DNA of 64,000 bases. It comes from Escherichia phage PJNS034. The notes below the pieces were generated by a model. That model was not told where the DNA came from, ran no database searches, and saw nothing but the letters and a program-made list of their open reading frames with translations. The stretch lies in the sequence record PP391266.1; one strand, written 5' to 3'. This document shows, piece by piece, positions 17,001-24,479 of this stretch; position 1 is the stretch's first letter; each line of letters opens with the position of its first letter. A program made the translations under genes and the position numbers.

Positions 17001-18854
17001 TGGTTCTTCTGGAGCACGAGCAGCCATAACACGGTTCTGAGCATCTGAGTCACGAGCGATTGCACGTAAGCCTTCGAAGTCCTGAGCCATACGAGCACGA
17101 GCTTTACCTTCACGAGAACGAGCGATGATACCCGGTAATTCAGTTGCACCGAAGGTTTTCAGAGCTACTACTGGCTTAGCCACTTTACCGATTGTCGCTG
17201 GTTGTGAAGCATAATCTTCAATACCGTAACGATAAGCAGGGTCTTGGTTTGCCAACATCTTATCTTTGTAGATAAAGGATGCAGCATTCATTGCTGGGTT
17301 AAAACCTTTGTCACCAACAGTGAAACCATAGGTATCAAGTTGACGAGAGAGGTTTTCAGCACGTTGACCAATTGCATCGTAAATCAGTGAACGGTCAGAA
17401 GCGGTATCACGCATTGCTTTCACAATAGCGTTTGCATCGTTCATCATGTTACGCAGATTACGTTGCTGAGATATAGAAGCAGCAGGGTCAATCTCACCCA
17501 TATCTTGACGCAGTTTCAGTTCCTGAATTGAATCATTCAACTGGTTAACTACATCTTCGAAAGCTGATACGTCTTGTGCTTGTGCTTTCTTACCATTACG
17601 ACGGGCAGTAGCCAATTCTTCTGGAGAGAACACGCGAGAACCGAAGTCCAAGTCACCAAGTGCTGATGCACCTGAAATCTTACGACGACGAGCAGCAGAG
17701 CGAATGTCACCTTCAGTCAGACCCATCATAGCTGCGGCAGAGCCGTAATCATCAGACAGTTCAGACAAGCCACGTTTCACACCAATGTCACGCATTGCTT
17801 CTGGAGAAATATCAACACCAGCATCTTTCAAATCACCAAACGCTTTATAGAAAGCAGATGGGCCGATGTTTTCATTTACCTGAGCACGTTCCGTTACCAG
17901 TGCTTCACGCTGTTCTGGAGTAAGGTCTTTACCTACGAGGCTATTCAGTTCTTCATCACGGTGAAGGTTACGCATAGCTTCAACTTGGTCACGTTCAGTC
18001 AGGGCTGGATTACCACCTGCTTCACGGATGTTACGGTCATTACGACCTGCAAAGCTACGAACTGCTGGAGCAATTTCCATTGGGGCACGAATACCACCAG
18101 AAACCAGACCACCAGTTACTGCATAATCCAACAGGTTTTGTGGGTCAACAGCAAGTTCCTGACGACGACCCATTTCGTATGCTGCACCAGAAGCGCCTGC
18201 ACCGATTGCACCAGTTGCTACGGTTTCCGCCATTCGTCCAAGAGCAGTTTTACCGACAGTTGCAAAAGGCTTCCCATAGGGAATAAGCCCTAGAGCGGCT
18301 GCGGCAGTACCAGCAGTACGAGCGATATCCGTGTTACCAGCACCCTCTTGTTCAGCGTAGATAGAACCAGTGGTAGGGCCATATGAAGTAGCACCGAATG
18401 CTAAGTCACCAGCCATTGTTGGTAAGCCAGATGCAGTTTGTTCTGCAACAAACGTACCCAAGTCACCTAAACCACGAATGTCACGCCAGTTTTCCACGGC
18501 ATAACGTTGGTTCTTCTCACCATGCTCACGTAACTTACGGGCAAGTTCACGGTCATGATAAGACTGTTTAGTAACTTCACCTTCTTGCGTCTGACCAGCT
18601 TTCTGAGCCAAATCAGCCTGACGTGCTGCTGCTGCACCAAACAAACCTGATGCCAGTTCAGTACGTCCACGAGTAAACGCATTAGAGATGTTACCGAAGA
18701 ATCCACGGTCTTCTGTTGGAGCTTCTTGTACAGGCAGGGGAGCCTGAGAGATGTTTTGTTCCTGAGCCATTGGGACATTGCCCGTAGGTTGTGGAGAGCC
18801 ACCGCTTCCACTTTCCAATTGACGCAGTAATTCTGGGTCTGTAATTGGAGTCAT
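14022..18854 (-). CDS. large virion protein (tape-measure/internal-core-like) with C-terminal lytic transglycosylase-like domain
   Basis: 1610 aa; Pro-rich linkers, long Lys/Glu coiled-coil, C-terminal RESGG...GYVGKYQFG resembling SLT E-S...G-x-x-G-x-x-Q-F catalytic block (compare T7 gp16 N-domain). Confidence 0.55.
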   Translation of the reverse strand: MTPITDPELLRQLESGSGGSPQPTGNVPMAQEQNISQAPLPVQEAPTEDRGFFGNISNAFTRGRTELASGLFGAAAARQADLAQKAGQTQEGEVTKQSYHDRELARKLREHGEKNQRYAVENWRDIRGLGDLGTFVAEQTASGLPTMAGDLAFGATSYGPTTGSIYAEQEGAGNTDIARTAGTAAAALGLIPYGKPFATVGKTALGRMAETVATGAIGAGASGAAYEMGRRQELAVDPQNLLDYAVTGGLVSGGIRAPMEIAPAVRSFAGRNDRNIREAGGNPALTERDQVEAMRNLHRDEELNSLVGKDLTPEQREALVTERAQVNENIGPSAFYKAFGDLKDAGVDISPEAMRDIGVKRGLSELSDDYGSAAAMMGLTEGDIRSAARRRKISGASALGDLDFGSRVFSPEELATARRNGKKAQAQDVSAFEDVVNQLNDSIQELKLRQDMGEIDPAASISQQRNLRNMMNDANAIVKAMRDTASDRSLIYDAIGQRAENLSRQLDTYGFTVGDKGFNPAMNAASFIYKDKMLANQDPAYRYGIEDYASQPATIGKVAKPVVALKTFGATELPGIIARSREGKARARMAQDFEGLRAIARDSDAQNRVMAARAPEEPTPPPADVAPEPTPDVPPVAPEQTVTPEPVVTPEMTQPAPDGGVSPVQAEVLRNKGWSDAQIAEVNSEQAARFISRAEEQAALQSLASMEYARTPEPTVVEPTVVPEPAPVVRDPSDLQALATGEPTPAAPAPNAPAPRGLDAVLGAAIRETETIRNRAAQVERQALEERARRAGVPEDQIANIRDAGEITELAQRAREEARNAQAEKAKTEAEEVKAGIRDEAAKNITTQNEHISGLASKYGLDQFVMDDLTSPYIDPVTGSMRQLTNSEKASLIKAMQRERDALAKGAETPEETVARKAEDDAVNQIYAQHENLMDFADSLGIPKEQALQVVEAQTFGSTAPLTQKELRATANKLLQRGDRLKKEQASAEQKRLKETQRAEERLQRDSHAEEIAAFKAREKELLDAARVKRDEAKAQAKDEAAREKADMAWEREQRKLAAEYQKMHDKQEAADKALRDKQAKEEKALQDKQKREQAAEQKRKEAHERKLEILEKKATQLDAPIKALKEQVKSLEETAAQTRASLDEIIARNTPEEVAAIADSLKADIATASNAMLKQIQNFGKKAINAGKASESVTDVMTQAKTMGDVLGAIEYRRSKGYDKMVNGANGLYTMDMRNQIKAVFGKGETTNYMGPANQRAIASAYGLYDPERAPKVYNSLEDYKQALRADESPIAKAMMDEPVQKPVVMAEEDFAAPVREEPVVTEPQPEPTPTPEAPVENMLDAMQDMPTEQVKQVVDTAAEALDGKALESDPEIKVVNPYELAEGVDSPEVAFDKGYEYAMVDPDKETIVRYARNEKSANALAKKLGLSAIGLTSMFAGSAYAGGMMSAYGDVLGQRESGGKYDIENTLGYVGKYQFGWPALVDLGIIKSQGRVGRGQKSILNEKSNWTGKYGVNSKEEFLNSPEAQEKAFEDWNKMLDRRTKNMGLDQYIGQTIDGVPVTMEGIRASAHLLGHGAVKKALQSRNLRATDAYGTNLAEYMNLGGSVAGMA

Positions 18855-18920
18855 TTAAAGTCCTCACTCGTTAGGTCGTTTTAGAGAGTTTATTGGGTAA
18901 TTATACACCGTACTCTACAA

Positions 18921-18944
18921 ATAAGAAAGCCCTCCGAAGAGGGC
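18921..18944 (-). terminator. rho-independent terminator (minus strand)
   Basis: On minus strand GCCCTC-TTCG-GAGGGC followed by TTTCTTATTT; a TATAAT lies just downstream. Confidence 0.5.
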
Positions 18945-18950
18945 AGTATA

Positions 18951-20444
18951 TTATTTACGATGCGTTGGGTCGCCACCAACAAGGTCAGAAACTTTGTACC
19001 AGTTTCCATCTTCCAGTTTAACAGCACCTGCACCACGGTTGTAATCACGCACTTTACCAGCGTAACCAGCCATTTCCTGAACGACTTTCTCACCTTGGTT
19101 ATCAGACATGTTACCAGACTGAGCAAGGTTATACAGACTCTGAACAGTCATGTCACGTAACCACTGTTTCTGTCGGATAGATTGCTGAGTATCACCACGA
19201 CGAGGGAAGTAGATGTGACCGTAGTTCTTCCATTCAGCCAAGCCGATAGCAGAACCAGATTCAGGACGCAGAACACCAGCCAGATAACCCATTTCGTTAT
19301 CACGAGCTTTGATGATTTCTGGATACACCGCTTTGAGAGCCGCAGGAATCATTCCCGGTTTCCAGTCAGAGACTTCATCCATGTACATCGCTGGAAGCGT
19401 TGCAAGTGGGTAGTCTTTAACATCCTGAGCAACATCACCATAGCTTTCCATCCAACGGTTCTGAGAAGCCAGAGCACGGTCAGCACCGAACTGAGCTTTC
19501 GCTTGTTGTTCAGTTAAACCTTTCGCACCTTTAGCCTGAGCAGCAGCCAGCTTGTCTTGAGCCATTTGCAGCTTAGTAGCTGATGGAATTTCAGGAAGAA
19601 CACCTTCGTGAACGTAGTTATTAATCTCCGCAGAGTTATAACCTTTGCCATAAAGTTCTTTGGCATCTTGTTCACGTTGACGCATACCTTCTGTACCAGC
19701 CCAAGCAGCACCAGCGGCAGCAAGAGCAAATGGAATACCTGCACCAGTAGCAATGAACCCACCAAAGGTTGCCAGAGTAGCAAGGCTAGATACCAGTTTG
19801 GCACCGAAACTTTCACGCTGTACATCGGCATCTTTCCCGGTCAGTACACCCTCTTTTCCCGGAGCTTGTTGAGCCTTTTGTGCTTCTGCCATCTTAGCGT
19901 TAGCTAAATCTTTAGCAAATGCAGTTGAGTCTGCAACAGTCTGAGCAGCAGGGTCGTCTACAGCGGCACGTTCAGCATTAGCCTGAGCGGTACGAGTAGG
20001 GTCAGTCGGGGTCAGAGGCTTAGCACCAATTGGTGATGGAGTACCAACCTCAGCTTCTGCTGCTTCGAGAACACCTTTAGGTGCAATTCGAGTTGCAACA
20101 CCACGCTGTAAATCAGTCAACCAGTCACCTGAGCCACTCTCACCATACTGCTTATTCAGATAGGCTTGTTCATCCGCTGGCATACCACCTTGTGCCTTGA
20201 CAGCCATTTGCCCTTCTGGAGTAGCCAGTTGAGCTTGAGCAGCAGGAGATAACTTCCCACCACCAGTAGCAATCATCAATTTACGTTGACGTGCTTCTTC
20301 ATCCTCACGAGCTTTCTTCTGCTTCTGCATTTCGAGGACAGTAGGGTCAGTAGAACGCTTCTCGTACTTCAATCCCGTTTCAGGGTCAGTTGGACTCCAA
20401 TCAGGCATCCAACCTTTAATTGTATCGAGTACACCGCCAGCCAT
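18951..20444 (-). CDS. virion structural protein (hypothetical)
   Basis: 497 aa ORF in structural arm, ATGA overlap with next gene. Confidence 0.45.
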   Translation of the reverse strand: MAGGVLDTIKGWMPDWSPTDPETGLKYEKRSTDPTVLEMQKQKKAREDEEARQRKLMIATGGGKLSPAAQAQLATPEGQMAVKAQGGMPADEQAYLNKQYGESGSGDWLTDLQRGVATRIAPKGVLEAAEAEVGTPSPIGAKPLTPTDPTRTAQANAERAAVDDPAAQTVADSTAFAKDLANAKMAEAQKAQQAPGKEGVLTGKDADVQRESFGAKLVSSLATLATFGGFIATGAGIPFALAAAGAAWAGTEGMRQREQDAKELYGKGYNSAEINNYVHEGVLPEIPSATKLQMAQDKLAAAQAKGAKGLTEQQAKAQFGADRALASQNRWMESYGDVAQDVKDYPLATLPAMYMDEVSDWKPGMIPAALKAVYPEIIKARDNEMGYLAGVLRPESGSAIGLAEWKNYGHIYFPRRGDTQQSIRQKQWLRDMTVQSLYNLAQSGNMSDNQGEKVVQEMAGYAGKVRDYNRGAGAVKLEDGNWYKVSDLVGGDPTHRK

Positions 20445-20770
20445 TACTGTAACTCCCGTGCAATGAACAACTGAACTTGACGTTTGGCTTCGTCAGGAGA
20501 AATGTTCGGGTTAGTCTCACGAAGACCTTCTGCGAATTGCTGAACCTTCTGCATAGCGTTCTGTAAATCAGGGTCGCTATTCATATAGTTCTCAAACTGA
20601 GAAGCCTTCTCTTGGGTATCAACGTGTCGGGATAAGGCACTTGGAGGTTCCATCATCCCTTCCATACCAGATACATTGGGACGGGAAGTTTGATAACCTG
20701 CGTTGCCTGAAGTGATTTGTTGTTGACGAACACTTGCATTACCACGAATGCGGTCATAAATATCTGGCAT
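20444..20770 (-). CDS. hypothetical protein
   Basis: 108 aa; RBS AAGGAGG. Confidence 0.45.
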   Translation of the reverse strand: MPDIYDRIRGNASVRQQQITSGNAGYQTSRPNVSGMEGMMEPPSALSRHVDTQEKASQFENYMNSDPDLQNAMQKVQQFAEGLRETNPNISPDEAKRQVQLFIARELQ

Positions 20771-20830
20771 GTTGCCTCCTTCTTTTTAGTTATTATATCC
20801 CAACGGATTTACAAACTCAAAATTATATGG

Positions 20831-20867
20831 TATTTTAAGCTTCTAGCGTCCGAAGGGAAATAATAGG
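20831..20867. promoter_or_regulatory. conserved intergenic element, copy A
   Basis: TATTTTAAGCTTCTAGCGTCCGAAGGGAAATAATAGG; near-identical copy at 34719-34754, core copies at 47255 and 43104. Confidence 0.45.
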
Positions 20868-20911
20868 TAATAATATAGAAGGGAGAGATGTTACTCCCTC
20901 CCAACATACTA

Positions 20912-21928
20912 TTACTTAAATGAACCTGTAGCACCCATAGAGGTATTCGAGGTAGAGCCAGAGGTTTTGCCAGAGCCAGTGGTGGTTTTGTCCATCAGTG
21001 GGTTCATCTTATTCAGAATATCCATGATAGTGTTAATATCCGTCACACCTGCATCTTTCAACTGCTGACCGACTTGGTTCATGTAGCCAGTGTCCAGTTC
21101 CTTCTGACCTTGTTGCTGCTGGAGATTACCAGACAGTAACTGGTTGAGGATAGACTGCTGACCTGCACCACTGATACGGTCAAGCTGGCCTAACGCCGAA
21201 GTACCACCTGAGATGGAGCCTAACAGACCTTGCAGACGGTTTTGAACGTTCTGCTGGTTCATGTTCTGAGAGATACCAAGACCTTGCTGATACATCTGAG
21301 AAGTCAAGTCAGCTTTCTGCTGGTTCGCTTGGTTCAAGATGTTTTGAGCAACATTGGAACTCTGCTCCATAGCTCCACGAGCAGCCACACCTTGAGCGAT
21401 AGCAGAACGACTAGAGCCAACGTTGCCTTCGCCAACACCCTGACGGTAGATTGAGGGCATTGTGTTTTCTTGGAGGTTACGCTGGATAAGGCGGTTTGCT
21501 TGCTCAACTGAGCTTTGTGCAGACTGGTCGATTGCATCAGTTTGGTTCTTGAGAAAGTCACTGTTGACCATATCAAGAGCGCCCTGAGTCAGCTTACCAG
21601 TGGTCTGGTCAAAAGCACCTTCACCCATTTGGTTCAGGCTATCAACTGTACCCCACAGCTTATCAATACCGCCCTGAGTTTGGTCAAGAACAGATTGTAA
21701 GTGACCTGACTGATTGAGACGTTGAAGCGCAGCAAGCTGTTCTTCATTCATGCTCTCAATCTGTTTCTCAGTATAGCCTTGTTCTTTTAGCTTGTTATAG
21801 ACACCATTGGCATCACCTTTAATGGCATCAATGACGTCTTTTGGCAAGCCGGTTTGAGAAGTAGAAGTCGAAGACGACTTGCTGCTGCTCTTACCTTTAC
21901 TCTTACCGAAACTTAATCCGAAACCCAT
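20912..21928 (-). CDS. Gln/Asn/Ser-rich virion protein (hypothetical)
   Basis: 338 aa, low-complexity Q/N-rich. Confidence 0.4.
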   Translation of the reverse strand: MGFGLSFGKSKGKSSSKSSSTSTSQTGLPKDVIDAIKGDANGVYNKLKEQGYTEKQIESMNEEQLAALQRLNQSGHLQSVLDQTQGGIDKLWGTVDSLNQMGEGAFDQTTGKLTQGALDMVNSDFLKNQTDAIDQSAQSSVEQANRLIQRNLQENTMPSIYRQGVGEGNVGSSRSAIAQGVAARGAMEQSSNVAQNILNQANQQKADLTSQMYQQGLGISQNMNQQNVQNRLQGLLGSISGGTSALGQLDRISGAGQQSILNQLLSGNLQQQQGQKELDTGYMNQVGQQLKDAGVTDINTIMDILNKMNPLMDKTTTGSGKTSGSTSNTSMGATGSFK

Positions 21929-24198
21929 TATGGAGTCTCCTCGTTGTTGATAGGAGGAGCCTCCGTAGAGACTCCATTCATCTTGTCATTATACAACGCA
22001 TCCAGCTTCATCTCAAGCACTTGGACTCGTTCGTCAATCAGCCCCTTCACATTACTCTGTAACAGCTCTAAGGTCGTCCTGAGTGTCTCATTGTCGGCTT
22101 TGAGTTGTCGGTTCTGAGCAGAAAGTTCCTTGATAGCCTCGATGTGCAAAGCATGTAGCTGGTTGTAATCTACAGTGTAATAGTCCTCTTCATCCTCTTC
22201 GTCATTTGGATTGTTCCCAACGAAGACGGCATTGTCATATACTCCAAGCAATTCCTGAGCAATAACGCCTGCACTTGGTACATCGGAACCGTTATACATG
22301 AACGTATAACCATTCAGCTTCTCTACAGTTTCCAAGGCATTATCAACCTTTGTAACACTGTGTTTGAGACGTTCATCCGAGGCATTAACAACCTGACCAG
22401 TAATCTGACCATTCACAGATAACTTAGATTGGTTATTTGCCAGACCTGTATTACGCTCCAGATACATGCCGTAGGGAAGACCTTCCCAACCCCATTCCAG
22501 AACAGTCTCACGAGCACCAGAGCCCCACAAACGAAGGTTAGCCTCACGACCAGCACCATTAATACGTTTCCAGTATTGAGTAGAGTTGTAGTAAGTTGCA
22601 CCATTCAAATGCGTAGGACAACCAAAAGAGGTAGCACCGTCGGTCATATTGATAGTGATAGGACGATGCCCTGTCCAGCCTCCCCAGCCGCCATCTGTAT
22701 GAGATAACAGGAAGTACATGTTTGCACCATCCTGACGGAATATGAAACCTTTGTTACCGTAGACAGCTCGGAATGAGTCAGCATGGGTCGAAGCTACACC
22801 GTAATACACAAACTTGTTAGGGTCGAAGTAACCTTTAACTGCACTGTTTGACCAGAGGTTTACTGCACCATCTGCTCGGAAGCCAAAACCTGAGTCATTA
22901 TCGCCAATAGCTAACTGTAAGGTGTTGTTAGCTTTGCTCTCAAGTTGGATTCGATTCCCAACATTCACAATGTCCTTGATGTTTGCATTACCTGAAGATG
23001 TAATGCTACGGTTGCAGATGTAACTATCTGTAGAAGTCTTCAGGTCAACTAACAAGTTGGCATTGGTTGGAGTTGTTACAGGGCCGACAGGAAATACAGC
23101 AGCATTAGGGGCAGTTCCCAACGATACTTGAGCTTTATGCAGAATTGGTGGAGTCTGAGACTCAATGTGGTATACATTATCTCCACGGACATAAACTACA
23201 AAACCGTAAAAATCCCTGCTACCAGCGAAAATGCCACCAAGTGTACGTTCATTATAATCGTAGACTGACAAAACACCGGAAACTACTTGAGGTGTATCAG
23301 ACCAACCAGATGCTTGTACAAAACCAATAAATGAGTTCTGGTTGAAGGGGTCAGTACCGCCACGAGCTGTAGATTTGATACTCAGTCGAGTAGAGTTCCA
23401 AGTTTGGTCAAGGTTAAACTGGATTGGATAGAACCAGTCTTTATTCAATCCACGGGTATCAATTACATACCGTTTACCAATGTCCTGAGAAGCAGCATTC
23501 AATTCATCAAGAGAAGGTTTACGGCCTGTATGGTACACATCTTGGTCACTGTAAGTAAGGCGCCCATCATCTTTTAGTTGAAGGTACTTATTGGTTGCAC
23601 CATTCTTCAGATAAATGTCACCAGAACCAACGCCAAGGTCAAGAACTTTATTACCAGTTAGTTGTAGGTTCCCACCCTTCGGGATGTACTTACTGTCAGA
23701 TTCACCTTTGGTATAAACACTAATCTTAGCCGCATATCCATTATCTGACTGAGCTTTAGTGTAGTATCGACCATCAGCTTCTGCTTTTGAATAGTATTGT
23801 TTGAGAGCTACCTGTACTCGTGATTCTAGGTCTTGAATCCCTTCCGCTTGCTTGTTGAAATATGCAATAGCTGCTGAGATACGTTTAGCAAAGTCAGCAA
23901 TTGTTTCATTCAGTGTGTTGATAATTGCATACTCCGTATCAGTCACACTGTCTTTGTTGAAAGCGGTACGAAGTTCAATCTCTGTGTTGGAGTTGACAGT
24001 CTTAATCTCTGCCATCATGACATTATCGTCAGCAATAGAAATCAACACCAAGTCACCCGGAGTGATTCCCATCTTATCATCAGCCCACAAGGTATTTTTA
24101 CCAGTGATTAAGGCTGAACCTGCCTTGTACGTTACCGTACCAGTTTTATACCACATACTACCTCCGAGGGAAGAAAGGCTCCAGAAGGAGCCAGTCAA
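21928..24198 (-). CDS. tail fiber/spike protein with C-terminal intramolecular chaperone (peptidase S74-like) domain
   Basis: 756 aa; C-terminal SDERLKHSVTKVD...LNGYTFMY...AQELLGVY block typical of self-cleaving chaperone domains of endosialidase-type fibers. Confidence 0.55.
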   Translation of the reverse strand: MTGSFWSLSSLGGSMWYKTGTVTYKAGSALITGKNTLWADDKMGITPGDLVLISIADDNVMMAEIKTVNSNTEIELRTAFNKDSVTDTEYAIINTLNETIADFAKRISAAIAYFNKQAEGIQDLESRVQVALKQYYSKAEADGRYYTKAQSDNGYAAKISVYTKGESDSKYIPKGGNLQLTGNKVLDLGVGSGDIYLKNGATNKYLQLKDDGRLTYSDQDVYHTGRKPSLDELNAASQDIGKRYVIDTRGLNKDWFYPIQFNLDQTWNSTRLSIKSTARGGTDPFNQNSFIGFVQASGWSDTPQVVSGVLSVYDYNERTLGGIFAGSRDFYGFVVYVRGDNVYHIESQTPPILHKAQVSLGTAPNAAVFPVGPVTTPTNANLLVDLKTSTDSYICNRSITSSGNANIKDIVNVGNRIQLESKANNTLQLAIGDNDSGFGFRADGAVNLWSNSAVKGYFDPNKFVYYGVASTHADSFRAVYGNKGFIFRQDGANMYFLLSHTDGGWGGWTGHRPITINMTDGATSFGCPTHLNGATYYNSTQYWKRINGAGREANLRLWGSGARETVLEWGWEGLPYGMYLERNTGLANNQSKLSVNGQITGQVVNASDERLKHSVTKVDNALETVEKLNGYTFMYNGSDVPSAGVIAQELLGVYDNAVFVGNNPNDEEDEEDYYTVDYNQLHALHIEAIKELSAQNRQLKADNETLRTTLELLQSNVKGLIDERVQVLEMKLDALYNDKMNGVSTEAPPINNEETP

Positions 24199-24450
24199 TT
24201 ACTGCAACTTGCTGGCTAAGTCGCCATACAGATTATTCAATTCCATCATCTGATTAGTCAGGTCGAAAATTTGATTAGAGGTTTCAATTTTAAATGAAAC
24301 CAACTGAGAGTTAAGTTCATCCACTTCTTTCTGAAGCTTACGGTTATTCTCAGCATTACTCTCAATCAAATCACGAAGTTCTTGAAGACGGCTATCGTGA
24401 GAAGACAGGGAATTTTCGATACCTGACAAGCGAAGTTCTAGTTCAGTCAT
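24199..24450 (-). CDS. small coiled-coil protein
   Basis: 83 aa ORF. Confidence 0.35.
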   Translation of the reverse strand: MTELELRLSGIENSLSSHDSRLQELRDLIESNAENNRKLQKEVDELNSQLVSFKIETSNQIFDLTNQMMELNNLYGDLASKLQ

Positions 24451-24479
24451 TATTCACCTCAATGTTGTTGATAAATTAA

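Noticed and set aside
14731-18293. Several plus-strand ORFs of 60-150 aa inside the 1610-aa minus-strand gene (and similar ones inside other structural genes, e.g. 39139-39723)
   Set aside because: Embedded antisense frames in a repeat-rich gene; no start or RBS signals.
20860-20910. GGGAGAGATGTTACTCCCTCCC hairpin considered as a plus-strand terminator
   Set aside because: No plus-strand gene is nearby; on the minus strand the same sequence supplies the RBS region, so its role is ambiguous.
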